A DNA stretch of 64,000 nt from a bacterium (GTDB lineage: Bacteria > UBA8248): NCBI GenBank assembly GCA_965202625.1, contig CBDBBI010000010.1:1632001-1696000 (forward strand), written 5' to 3'. Shown here piece by piece: positions 39,101 through 48,129 of this stretch. The first letter of the stretch is position 1; every line of letters starts with the position of its first letter. The notes below the pieces were generated by a model. The model had not been told where the DNA came from. It saw only the letters and a list, made by a program, of their open reading frames with translations, and did not search any database. The translations under genes were made by a program, and so were the position numbers.

Positions 39101-41378
39101 GTTTTGGCCAATCTCTTCTTTCGCAAAGAGAAAGGTGCGGAAGCGCCTGCAGACTTATGCAGACAATGGGACAGCCGATCCCTTCCAAGATCTGAAGGCG
39201 CTCTTCAAGATGCGCGAGCGGGACGCCGCGATACGCGAGAGCCCCATGGCTCCGGTTGCCAAGACCAACCGCGGAATAGACGCCGACAGATCGACGAAGG
39301 CCGCGCACCAAGCAATCGCCTTTCGAAAAGCTATGGACAACCTGCGTTCTGACGTCGAGGATCCGATCCGTTTTGATTCAGCCGCGGCTGAGCTTGGCTC
39401 CGCTCCCGGACAGGCAATTCAAGACGCACTCAAAGTATATCTGGAGGCGGAGGAGAACGCCAAGGAGAAAGAGCGCGCCTTCACGTCAGAATATGGAATA
39501 GTTCCCGTCGAGGAGAGTGTCGACTGTATCGTTCGGGGTTTGGAGACAGTCGCGGCCGAGCGCGCGCGTCTCCCCGATTGGGCGGCGTGGGTGCGCAAGA
39601 GAAAAGCTGCATTGCAAACAGGGCTCCGTCCGCTTGTTGAGGCGCTTGAGGCCGGGCGAATCGCAGAAGCGGCGCAAGAGGCGCTCCAGTCATCAGACGC
39701 GCGCCAAGCCGTAGTGCGGGAGCAGATCAAAAAGGCGGCGCAAGAAGCTTTCGAGCGGGCCTACGCAGCCTGGTGGCTACCCCTTGCGATGGACGCCCGC
39801 GACGAGTTGCAGGGTTTTACCCATTGGAATCACGAGGACGTCATAAAAACTTTCCGAAAACTTGACGACGAGGCGGCCAAACGTGCGTCAACCGAGGTGA
39901 TGCGCCGCATCGCTCATGGGCTGCCGGCCATGGACGGCGTGCGAAGGAAGAGCGAACTCGGGACACTGCGCCACCAGCGGGGTCTTCAGCGCCCCTCTAT
40001 GTCAATTCGCAAACTCCTGGGAAATCTTCCAGAAACTTTCAGGAAGCTTGCGCCCTGCGTCCTCATGTCGCCGCTCTCCGTGGCGCAGTATCTGCCAGCG
40101 GGGCAGGCCGCCTTCGACGTCGTGATCTTTGATGAAGCCTCGCAGATCACCACATGGGATGCGATCGGCGCGATTGCGCGGGGCAAACAGACGATCATCG
40201 TGGGCGACCCGAAGCAGCTACCGCCAACGAACTTCTTTGGCCGCGCGGATAACATTGACGAGGATCAGCCGGAATATGAGCGCGACCTGGGCTCGATCCT
40301 TGAAGAGGTAGAGGCGGCGGGCATTCGAACCTATCGTCTCGACTGGCATTACCGGAGTCGGGACGAAGCGCTGATAACCTTCTCCAACCATTTCTACTAT
40401 GGCGATCGACTCGTCACTTTTCCGGCGGCCGCTACCGGCTCCGAGGCTCTCAAGTTCCACAAGGTGGACGGCACCTACGCGCGCGGGCGCGGTCGAGTGA
40501 ATGAAGAAGAAGCCCAAGCCATCGCCGATATGGTAAAGCGGCGCCTGACCGCTTCGCTCTCGCTGCCGGAAGATGCGCGCCATACATTGGGCGTCATTAC
40601 CCTCAACAGCGAGCAGCAGTCTCGGATCCTCGACAAAATCGACGATCTCCGCCGGGCAGATGAGCGCCTGGAATGGTTTTTCGCCGACGAGCGCGAGGAG
40701 CCGGTGATCGTGAAGAACCTCGAGAATATTCAGGGAGACGAACGCGACGTGATGCTGTTCTCGGTGACGTTCGGGCCCGACAGCGAAGGCAGACTCACCA
40801 TGAATTTCGGCGCGCTCAACAACCCAGGCGGAGAGAGGCGCCTCAACGTTGCGGTGACGCGCGCACGCCGAGAACTTCACGTCTTCTCCTCCATTCGGGC
40901 CGAACAGATCGATCTCGGACGCACGCAAGCGGTCGGCGTGCGCCATCTGAAGACGTTTCTGGACTACGCCGATCGCGGATCCATCGCGCTACCTGCGCGC
41001 GACAAGGGCGAGCTCGGCCCCCCTGAAAGCGCGTTCGAGCAAGCGGTAGCGGATGCTTTTCGCGCCGAAGGCTGGGAGGTGCGCACACAGATCGGCGTAT
41101 CCAGATTCCGCGTAGACCTGGGTGTCAGGCACCCCGATAAGGCTGGTCGTTATCTTGCAGGGCTCGAATGCGACGGCGCGCGATACCATTCCTCAGCCAC
41201 TGCGCGCGACCGCGACAAAATCCGTCAAGCGGTGCTTGAGGGGCTTGGTTGGACGATCCTTCGAATTTGGTCGACCGACTGGTTTCGGAACCAGGCCGCT
41301 GTCACGAACAGGATTCACGATGAACTTGAGCGACTTCTCGCAGAAGACCGCGCGACCCGAGCGGCGGAAGAGGAATAG
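36132..41378 (+). CDS. DUF4011-type protein with SF1 (Upf1/DNA2-like) helicase and C-terminal Vsr/MTES_1575-like nuclease; Hhe-like
   Basis: RWQRKLLDLSLRNRLLN, EGGTNTLFLA.G, GPPGTGKS, FDEASQ, VGDPKQLPP, WHYRS, QGDERD, RLNVAVTRAR, VDLGV..ECDG.RYH..RD. Confidence 0.9.
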   Translation: MIDTATEQEETRDVSLISETRGRVNFASAQNDVRIIRRLAIRNSTKETLTGARVTLRATPPIIREKTWHLDRIQPGEEREVHDTSTPLDIERLAGLDEAEIGELHFRVEADGIETIVETIRIELLARDEWGGVGEMDQILAAFVSPNDPAVARVLQEAARLLEAEGHHGAMEGYQSGDPRRVYMIASAIWSAATGLGLIYSVPPASFEQKGQKVRSPARITGERLATCLDLALFLAAAFEAAGLRPAVLFSQGHAWVGVWILKKDFGQATEPDPVQIRNAVSAREFFPMETTLLTERPPVGFKHAVDEGSRRLSEAREHEFIMAVDIARCRAAGIRPLANHNAPEEANAAPADEVVAAALPQTPDSGQLPAEEREETPATPEGRIDRWQRKLLDLSLRNRLLNYRDTKQTLPFRCPDVAHLEDALFAGRKFRGLSLVDENLFGERTVSPEKKQRIEEQFARDAFEHNQVVVPLTREEMNRRFLTLYRRARSDLAEGGTNTLFLAAGFLRWKIEGDTRIYRAPLLLIPVKLERQAVQANFRIAQHEDDVRMNSTLLERLKQDFALRIPELEGELPRDDSGIDVQRIFETMRQKVRDVAGFEIVEELALSTFSFAKYLMWKDLVDRTNQMRENRLVRHLIDGTEEAYERGYENVLTAPQEIDHHFAPRDLLTPLPADSSQLAAVIAASEGRDFVLIGPPGTGKSQTIANIIAQSLGKGKTVLFVAEKAAALDVVHRRLVANGLGDAVLELHSNKAERRSVIAQLGKGWDRTVDATEEQWIEVTDQLKLSRDQLNAYVEALHAKGAQGFSVFDAVGRVVGGEAPFQISYAAEDAHDKESYDRLVILAAELGRIYGAAHKGSPLSLIRMEEWSNAGQQQILEAADAFRASLTDLQRAESSLARELGLRTDPSLGAGRRTRLKALAPRMEQGALDLSRVPNVSPEHITALAKNFAENVQALNAAKSETAASYALAVVRRMPLLHLDVDWCEAQTKFWPISSFAKRKVRKRLQTYADNGTADPFQDLKALFKMRERDAAIRESPMAPVAKTNRGIDADRSTKAAHQAIAFRKAMDNLRSDVEDPIRFDSAAAELGSAPGQAIQDALKVYLEAEENAKEKERAFTSEYGIVPVEESVDCIVRGLETVAAERARLPDWAAWVRKRKAALQTGLRPLVEALEAGRIAEAAQEALQSSDARQAVVREQIKKAAQEAFERAYAAWWLPLAMDARDELQGFTHWNHEDVIKTFRKLDDEAAKRASTEVMRRIAHGLPAMDGVRRKSELGTLRHQRGLQRPSMSIRKLLGNLPETFRKLAPCVLMSPLSVAQYLPAGQAAFDVVIFDEASQITTWDAIGAIARGKQTIIVGDPKQLPPTNFFGRADNIDEDQPEYERDLGSILEEVEAAGIRTYRLDWHYRSRDEALITFSNHFYYGDRLVTFPAAATGSEALKFHKVDGTYARGRGRVNEEEAQAIADMVKRRLTASLSLPEDARHTLGVITLNSEQQSRILDKIDDLRRADERLEWFFADEREEPVIVKNLENIQGDERDVMLFSVTFGPDSEGRLTMNFGALNNPGGERRLNVAVTRARRELHVFSSIRAEQIDLGRTQAVGVRHLKTFLDYADRGSIALPARDKGELGPPESAFEQAVADAFRAEGWEVRTQIGVSRFRVDLGVRHPDKAGRYLAGLECDGARYHSSATARDRDKIRQAVLEGLGWTILRIWSTDWFRNQAAVTNRIHDELERLLAEDRATRAAEEE

Positions 41379-41473
41379 AGCGAAGATCAAAAATTATGCC
41401 GGAAACCCCACATTCGAAAATCGAAAAGACCGCACCAAACGGGTATTGAAAATGACCTCTTAGAACCTCGCCC

Positions 41474-42379
41474 CTATTCCTGTTTCCCCCCAATCCGTGA
41501 GGGCAGGCCCGCCATCTCGCGCAGAACCTCGTAGAAAGCGACGGTGTCCTCCTCGCCGTAGCCGCGTTCATACGCCATCTGCGCGACCTGGGACCAAAGA
41601 TTCGTCAACAGCATGGGCGAGCCGTGGAGTTGGCCCTGCTCTATCATCAGGCGCGAGTCCTTGAGCGACGTCTTTACCTGGCCCTGCTTCGAGTAATCCG
41701 CGCGAATCATTTTCGGGCCCTTGTCGATCATCGTCTTGGAGGCGCACGCCCCGTCCTGAAGCACCTCAAGCAGGGCGTCCATGTCGAGACCCACCTTCTC
41801 GCCGAGCAGCAGACCCTCGGCGAGGGCGAGTCGGTTGCCCGCCAGAATCATGTTGATGACCAGCTTCGTCCGCGCGCCCGAGCCGGCGGGGCCCATATGG
41901 TAGGCCGCGCGGCTGAAGCCACCCAGCACAGCGCGGCAGGCGTCGAAATCCTCCGCCTCCCCTCCGGCGATCACCACCAGATCCTTCTCCATCGCCATCG
42001 TGCTCGTCCCGCTCACAGCGGCGTCGAGAAAGCGGATTCCGCGTTCCGCCAAATCCTCCGAGAGGCGCATCGAATCCTCGGGGCGGGAGGTCGTCGTATC
42101 AAGAACGTACGCTCCCTCGCGCGCGCCCTCGGCGACGCCGTCCGGGCCGAAAACCGCCTTGCGCACTACGTCGCTGTTGGGCAGGGAGGTCACCACGAAT
42201 TCCACGCCATGGGCCGCGTCGGCGGGCGTCTCCACCTGCGCGCCTCCCTTCTCGCTTAACTCGTCCATGCGCGCAGGGTCCACGTCAAAACCCTGTACCT
42301 CAAAACCCGTCTCGCGCATGTTCTTGACGAACGCCTGACCCATCAGCCCCATGCCCACGATGCCCACACGTTGAGACAC
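41474..42379 (-). CDS. Beta-hydroxyacid dehydrogenase family protein
   Basis: VGIVGMGLMG, LDAAVSG, TKLVIN, KDS. Confidence 0.92.
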   Translation of the reverse strand: MSQRVGIVGMGLMGQAFVKNMRETGFEVQGFDVDPARMDELSEKGGAQVETPADAAHGVEFVVTSLPNSDVVRKAVFGPDGVAEGAREGAYVLDTTTSRPEDSMRLSEDLAERGIRFLDAAVSGTSTMAMEKDLVVIAGGEAEDFDACRAVLGGFSRAAYHMGPAGSGARTKLVINMILAGNRLALAEGLLLGEKVGLDMDALLEVLQDGACASKTMIDKGPKMIRADYSKQGQVKTSLKDSRLMIEQGQLHGSPMLLTNLWSQVAQMAYERGYGEEDTVAFYEVLREMAGLPSRIGGKQE

Positions 42380-42548
42380 GCTCTCTCCTCCTCATGGTGA
42401 AACTTCACTTTGTTTCACGATCGTTTTAGTTTTATGGCGTTCCCACGTCGATAACAAGATCCCTTGCGCGCGGGCACTCGTTCCAAGGGGCGTCCAAAAA
42501 CCCCAAGGCGGGCTTTCAGAATGGCCCACGCCGTTGTATCCTCCTATT

Positions 42549-42645
42549 GGGAGCGCATCGGTGCTGGTGTGCCGCCTGGACTTCAAATCCAGTGGACGGG
42601 GCTAACCACTTCGTCGGTGGGTTCGACTCCCACGCGTTCCCGCCA
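42549..42645 (+). tRNA. selC: tRNA-Sec (anticodon UCA)
   Basis: 8-bp acceptor stem GGGAGCGC/GCGTTCCC, 6-bp D stem with TGGT loop, CTGGA-CTTCAAA-TCCAG anticodon arm (TCA 42583-85), long variable arm, GTGGG-TTCGACT-CCCAC T arm, encoded G-CCA end. Confidence 0.96.
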
Positions 42646-42709
42646 GTTCACCGCATCGGCACCTCAAGAGCGCCGCGCGCCATCCTTGCCCATCCAAGTG
42701 GTGAGCCAG

Positions 42710-44074
42710 TCAGCGCCGAATGGTCTCAGGTATCACCCCGCGCGGGCTGAAGCGCATCACCAGAAGCAGTATCAACCCCATGAGGACGGGCCGCATATAC
42801 GCCGCCGAGGCGACCAGGTGCACGCGGACCGGATCGTCAAACGCCATGGCCGAGGTCGCCACGTTCACCAGCCACAAGCCGGCGGGTTCGGCCTCGATCC
42901 AGACGAACCAGATGAAAAAACCGCCAAGCACCGCACCCAGGTTGTTGCCGGATCCGCCGACGATCACCATCACCCAGATCAAGAAAGTGAATCGCAACGG
43001 ATTGTAGGCGACAGGCGTAAACTGCCCGTCGAGAGTGGTGAGCATGGCGCCGGCGATGCCGACGACCGCGGAGCCGAGGATGAACACCTGCCGGTGACGA
43101 TAGACAACGTCCTTCCCAAAGGCCTCGGCCGCCGCCTCGCTATCTCGAATCGCGCGCATCATCCGGCCCCAAGGCGAACGGAGCGCCCGCTCGCTGAGCA
43201 AGAAAACGATGAGGAGAACAGCAGCGAACAAACCGGTGTAACACAGCTTGACGAAAATGCCCGCCGCTCCGATGACGAGTCCGCGCAGCGCCGCAACGCG
43301 CTCGGCTTCGCCCAGAACCAAAAGCGCATCGGCATTCAGCCATGCCACGAAATCCTGAAACCAGACCGTTTTCTGCAAATCCAACTCGTAGGGCGTCGGG
43401 CGGTCGAGACCGGTGACGTTCTTCACTCCGCGGGCGAGCCAGTCCTCGTTTTGCAGCACCGCGATCACGATTTCGGAAATACCGAGCGTGGCGATGGCAA
43501 AATAATCCGAGCGCAGCCCCAGGGAGATCGGGCCTATCATATAAGCGGCCGCGGCCGCGAACAGACCGCCGACGGGCCAAGAAAGGAGGATGGGAAGACC
43601 GAGGCCCCCCAGATAGCCGCTGGTGGATGAATCCACGGCTTCGATTTGCTCGACGGCAGGGTCGAAGAAGACTTTCGTCGCGAAAAAGCCTATCACGAGT
43701 ACGCCGGCGACGAGGAAGGCGCGAAACCGGCCGGAAGGCAGCAGTCGAAGCACCACCCACGCGAGGCCGACCGTCACGGACGCCGCGATGAACGCGCGCA
43801 CAAGGTTCGCGCCACCGGCCGCTATAGCCGCCGTCACCGGCGGTTGCGAGATGAGCACGCTCGCCAGTCCGCCCAGAGCGGCGAAGGCCATGAGTCCCAC
43901 GTTAAAGAGGCCGGCATAACCCCACTGGATGTTGACGCCGAGCGTCATCAACGCCGAGATCAGACAGAGGTTGAGCACCCCCAGGCTCACAGACCAGGAC
44001 TGGCCGACACCGACGGCGAGCAACAACGCGGCCATGATCGTGAAGCCGCCGATAGTACGCGCCCTCTCACTCAC
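42710..44074 (-). CDS. livM: Branched-chain amino acid-type ABC permease (LivM-like)
   Basis: GVNIQWGYAGLFNVG, LRSDYFAIATLG, SPWGRMMRAIRD, VIVGGSGN. GTG start overlaps the livH stop. Confidence 0.9.
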   Translation of the reverse strand: MSERARTIGGFTIMAALLLAVGVGQSWSVSLGVLNLCLISALMTLGVNIQWGYAGLFNVGLMAFAALGGLASVLISQPPVTAAIAAGGANLVRAFIAASVTVGLAWVVLRLLPSGRFRAFLVAGVLVIGFFATKVFFDPAVEQIEAVDSSTSGYLGGLGLPILLSWPVGGLFAAAAAYMIGPISLGLRSDYFAIATLGISEIVIAVLQNEDWLARGVKNVTGLDRPTPYELDLQKTVWFQDFVAWLNADALLVLGEAERVAALRGLVIGAAGIFVKLCYTGLFAAVLLIVFLLSERALRSPWGRMMRAIRDSEAAAEAFGKDVVYRHRQVFILGSAVVGIAGAMLTTLDGQFTPVAYNPLRFTFLIWVMVIVGGSGNNLGAVLGGFFIWFVWIEAEPAGLWLVNVATSAMAFDDPVRVHLVASAAYMRPVLMGLILLLVMRFSPRGVIPETIRR

Positions 44075-45087
44075 AGGACCCGGCCCCGGAAAAGACCGGT
44101 GGGCCGCCAAAGAAGGGCCACCACCAGGATGATGAACGAAACCGCAAATTTGTAGTCGGTCGACAGAAGTTGCGCCAGACTGTCCGGATGCCAGACCTCG
44201 GGCAGCAGATAGCGCAAGAACTTTTTATAGGCGTATGTGATCACGACTTCGGAGAAGGCCACGAGAAAGCTTCCCGCAATCGCTCCCAAGGGATGACCGA
44301 TCCCTCCGACGATGGCGGCGGCGAACATCGGGAGCAGGAGTTGCATATAGGTGAACGGCTGGAAACTCTTGTCGAGGCCATAGAGCGTGCCGGCGATGGT
44401 CGCAAGCGTCGCGGTGATGGCCCAGGTGACGAACACTACCCGATCCGGATCGACGCCCGAGAGCAGCGCCAAGTCCTCATTGTCGGAATAGGCCCGCATC
44501 GATTTGCCAATGCGCGTTCGCTGCAGGCACCAGAACAGTCCCGCCACCGCGATAACGGCGACGACGACGGTCAGAACCTGCGAGAAACGGATGGCGAGTC
44601 CCTCGTCAAGGCCGGTTGCGCGCTTGAACTCGCCCGCGGTGATCAGGTATCTCGCGCCGTCGGCGAAAGTCCTGTCGTCGGGACCAATGATGAAGCGGAC
44701 CGCTCCGTGCATCACGAACATCACTCCAACCGAAACGATGCTCAACACTATCGGCGCGCTCCGCCTGATTCGATAGAAGCGAAACACCGCCCGATCGACG
44801 GCGAAACTGAAGGCAATCGCCACCAGCACGCCAAACGGCAAGGCGAGCAACGCCGTCGGCAACGGGCCAAGACCGACGCCCCAAGCCTGTAGCCGCCACG
44901 TCGCCAGAATTACCACGGCCGTCCCCAAGGCCATGAAATCACCGTGAGAAAAATTGGCAAATCGCAAAATACCGAACACCAAGGTGATGCCAAGAGCGCC
45001 CAGAGCGAGTTGCGAGGCATAGGCGATGGCCGGCACGAAAACGAAGTTGGACAACAGGACGACGGCATTCGCAATATCGGTGAACAC
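44071..45087 (-). CDS. livH: Branched-chain amino acid-type ABC permease (LivH-like)
   Basis: ALGITLVFGILRFANFSHGD, TRIGKSMRA, AIVGGIG, RPTGLF. Confidence 0.9.
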   Translation of the reverse strand: MFTDIANAVVLLSNFVFVPAIAYASQLALGALGITLVFGILRFANFSHGDFMALGTAVVILATWRLQAWGVGLGPLPTALLALPFGVLVAIAFSFAVDRAVFRFYRIRRSAPIVLSIVSVGVMFVMHGAVRFIIGPDDRTFADGARYLITAGEFKRATGLDEGLAIRFSQVLTVVVAVIAVAGLFWCLQRTRIGKSMRAYSDNEDLALLSGVDPDRVVFVTWAITATLATIAGTLYGLDKSFQPFTYMQLLLPMFAAAIVGGIGHPLGAIAGSFLVAFSEVVITYAYKKFLRYLLPEVWHPDSLAQLLSTDYKFAVSFIILVVALLWRPTGLFRGRVL

Positions 45088-45093
45088 CGCTGA

Positions 45094-45798
45094 TCATCTC
45101 CCGAGGAACGAGCGTCGCACTTCGGGATTGGCAAGCAGAGCCTGCCCGGTATCGGTGAACCTGTTTCTTCCTGTCACCAAGACGAAACCACGATCGGCGA
45201 TGCCCAACGCCTGCCGGGCATTCTGCTCGACCATCAGTATGGCGATGCCGGCTCCCCGGATATCAAGAATGCGATCGAACAGCTCATCCATGACGATTGG
45301 CGATACGCCGGCGGTCGGCTCGTCGAGCATCAGCACGTCCGGCTGGCTCATCAGCGCGCGCGCGATAGCGACTTGCTGACGCTGGCCGCCGGAGAGTTCA
45401 CCGACCGGCTGGTAGCGCTTCTCCTTCAACACGGGAAACAACTCGAAAATTTGCTCCATGCTTCCCGAGATGTCATCCCGTCGCAGCAAGGCACCCATCT
45501 CCAAGTTTTCCTGGACGGTCATGGTTACGAACACGTTGCCCGTCTGCGGGACGAAAGCCATTCCCCGCTTCACCCTATCCTGCGGCTTGAGAGAGGTAAT
45601 GTCGCGCCCACCCAAACGCACCTCGCCCCCCCGCAACCCCAACATACCAAACAACGCCTTCATGGCTGTCGATTTTCCCGCCCCGTTCGGGCCCACGATG
45701 ACCGCGATCTCCCCCTTGTCAACGGCGATGGCGCATCCGCGCAATATGTCCGCGGCACCGTAGCCGCCGTACATATTCTCGCCGGTCAGATAGCTCAT
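45094..45798 (-). CDS. livF: ABC ATPase (LivF-like)
   Basis: GPNGAGKS, LSGGQRQ, LDEPT, VEQNA. Confidence 0.92.
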   Translation of the reverse strand: MSYLTGENMYGGYGAADILRGCAIAVDKGEIAVIVGPNGAGKSTAMKALFGMLGLRGGEVRLGGRDITSLKPQDRVKRGMAFVPQTGNVFVTMTVQENLEMGALLRRDDISGSMEQIFELFPVLKEKRYQPVGELSGGQRQQVAIARALMSQPDVLMLDEPTAGVSPIVMDELFDRILDIRGAGIAILMVEQNARQALGIADRGFVLVTGRNRFTDTGQALLANPEVRRSFLGR

Positions 45799-46586
45799 GC
45801 GGAATCGACCGATGGGCCCGATCTGTTCCTGAGCCCAGTGCCGAGATAGGCCTCAATGACGCGCTCGTCAGCCCTGATGTCCGGGGCCGGGGCCTGGGTG
45901 AGAACCGTCCCCTCGGCCATGACGATCACCGGATCGCAGAGCAGAGAGACGAAATCCATGTTGTGCTCTATCATGCAGAATGTGTAGCCGCGCTCTAGGT
46001 TAAGTCTCAGGATGGCGCCAGCGATGGATCGGAGCAGTGTCTGGTTCACGCCGGCCCCTATCTCATCAAGCAGGACGACCTCGGCGTCCGTCATCATCAC
46101 GCGCGCGAGTTCGACGAGTTTCTTCTGGCCCCCCGACAGGTTGCCGGCCGGCTCCCCAGCGACCGTCTGAAGGCGCAGGAACTCGATCACCTCCTCGGCA
46201 TTGCGGCGGATCGCCTCCTCTTCAGCGCGAACGCGCTTTGGCCGCAACCAGGCGCCAAGCAGGCTTTCGCCCGTCTGATCGACGGCAACCGCCATCAGGT
46301 TCTCCAAGACGGTCAAGGTGGCAAACTCATGCGCGATTTGGAAGGTGCGTCGTAAGCCTTTATGGAAAAGTTGGTGGGGCCGAAGCCCGGTAACGTCTTC
46401 ACCTCCAAGATAGATGCGCCCGGAAGTCGGCGGATAGACGCCGGCAATCATATTGAACAAGGTGGTTTTGCCCGCGCCGTTGGGCCCGACCAAACCCGTT
46501 ATGGCGCCTTTTTCAATCTCCAGATTCACGCCATTGACGGCTCTGACTCCGCCGAAATGTTTGTGCACGTCGACCACGCGAATCAT
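45795..46586 (-). CDS. livG: ABC ATPase (LivG-like)
   Basis: FGGVRAV, GPNGAGKT, RTFQ, LSGGQKK, IEHNM, VIEAYLG. Confidence 0.92.
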   Translation of the reverse strand: MIRVVDVHKHFGGVRAVNGVNLEIEKGAITGLVGPNGAGKTTLFNMIAGVYPPTSGRIYLGGEDVTGLRPHQLFHKGLRRTFQIAHEFATLTVLENLMAVAVDQTGESLLGAWLRPKRVRAEEEAIRRNAEEVIEFLRLQTVAGEPAGNLSGGQKKLVELARVMMTDAEVVLLDEIGAGVNQTLLRSIAGAILRLNLERGYTFCMIEHNMDFVSLLCDPVIVMAEGTVLTQAPAPDIRADERVIEAYLGTGLRNRSGPSVDSA

Positions 46587-46635
46587 TTCGCCCTCGTCAT
46601 AGGGACTTGCGAGGCGTCTTCGGCGCAAAAACGAC

Positions 46636-46668
46636 GGAACGGCCCGATGCGCCTCATCGGGCCGTTCC
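46636..46668 (-). terminator. Perfect 14-bp hairpin between the binding-protein gene and livG (partial terminator or mRNA stabiliser)
   Basis: GGAACGGCCCGATG-cgcct-CATCGGGCCGTTCC, with short T runs nearby on both strands. Confidence 0.65.
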
Positions 46669-46694
46669 TTTTCCCTGTTCGCTACGGCACTGCG

Positions 46695-47891
46695 CTAGTG
46701 CACCCTGACGACGGTGAACTCGCCGTCCTTTACCTCATACTCCTTGTAGGTGCCGGCGGTGTCTCCGACGCCGTTCAGTTCGACGTTCGTCGCGCCCTCG
46801 AAGTTCACCGCCTTGCCGGCAGAGAGGAGTTTCAGTGCCTTTCCCAACTCGCCCGGTCCGATCTTCTCGCCCGGAGCGTTGGCGACAGCCATAATCTTCG
46901 ACTGAATCGCCGCCCGATCCATTGAACCCGCCGCTTGAGCGGCGAGGATGATCAACGCCGCCGCGTCATACGCCTCGCCTATGAACGGAGCTCTGCCCTT
47001 GATTCCGGCCTCCTTGGCGAGAGCGACGAACTTCTTGGCGTTGGGGGAATCCGAACCCGGCGCGGTGGCCACGGAACCGTTCAGCGGCTTGCCAATGGCC
47101 TTGATTAGCGAATCCCCGACCATGCCGTCCGCCATGAGGAAATTGTCGAACGCTCCCGCATCAAGGGATGCCTGGATGACGCCCTTCCCGCCTTTGTCGA
47201 TATAGCCAAACACTGCCAGATGCTTGGCTCCCGAAGCAGCCAGTGCTCCCACCTCCGCAGAATAGTCCCCCTTGCCGTCCTGGTGCGCCGCGGAAATCTC
47301 GACCTTACCGCCAACGGCCTTGAACGCGCGGGAGAAAGACTCCGCCAGTCCCTTGCCGTAGTCATTGTTGGTGTAGGTGATGGCGATACTCTTGATGCCG
47401 CGCGCTTTGGCGACCTGGGCCAGTACCTCGCCCTGCCGGGTGTCGGAAGGTGCCGTGCGGAAGAAGTAACCCTTGTCCTTGATCGTCGAAAGCGCCGGCG
47501 TGGTTGCGGACGGGGAGACCATGACCACGCCGTTTGGCACCGCCACGTTATTGGTGACGGCGATGGTCACGCCCGAGCAGTCCGCGCCCATGATGGCGGC
47601 AACGCCATCTGACGTGATGAGGCGCTCAGCCGTCGCGGTCGCCGCGGCGGCGTCCGTGCAAGTGGAGTCGCCACGCACCGGAACGACCTTCTTGCCGCCG
47701 AGGAACATTCCGGGGGATTCGGATACCTCCTTCATGGCGAGCTCAGCTCCAGACGCCATGCCCGGCGTCAGAGATTCGATCGGCCCGGTAAAACCCAGCA
47801 GGACGCCGATCTTCATATCTTTTCCCGTCGCCGCGTGGACAGTCGACACCGTCATGGCGAGCGTGGCAAAAACTACCAAAATTTTCCGCAT
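46695..47891 (-). CDS. ABC substrate-binding protein (LivK/LivJ family)
   Basis: Signal peptide (VHA), KIGVLLGFTGP, SPSAT, YFFRTAPSD..QG, NNDYGKGL, AYDAA. Confidence 0.92.
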   Translation of the reverse strand: MRKILVVFATLAMTVSTVHAATGKDMKIGVLLGFTGPIESLTPGMASGAELAMKEVSESPGMFLGGKKVVPVRGDSTCTDAAAATATAERLITSDGVAAIMGADCSGVTIAVTNNVAVPNGVVMVSPSATTPALSTIKDKGYFFRTAPSDTRQGEVLAQVAKARGIKSIAITYTNNDYGKGLAESFSRAFKAVGGKVEISAAHQDGKGDYSAEVGALAASGAKHLAVFGYIDKGGKGVIQASLDAGAFDNFLMADGMVGDSLIKAIGKPLNGSVATAPGSDSPNAKKFVALAKEAGIKGRAPFIGEAYDAAALIILAAQAAGSMDRAAIQSKIMAVANAPGEKIGPGELGKALKLLSAGKAVNFEGATNVELNGVGDTAGTYKEYEVKDGEFTVVRVH

Positions 47892-48129
47892 CAGATATTC
47901 TCCCTCAAGCGTGAACATTTATTTTGTCCATATTCGATGCACATGCGCAACAATAGCATCTCCCAGTTTCCGAGCAGATTTAAATATATGAATTCCGATT
48001 TATTGTCAAACTTTCTGGCACTTTCGGCAAAAATTTCCGCCCCAAGGGCGGCAATCAACACTATTCTTGAGAGGAGTGAAACCCTAAAAAACTCCCATAC
48101 CACGATGATGTAGCGATGCTGTGAAAAAA

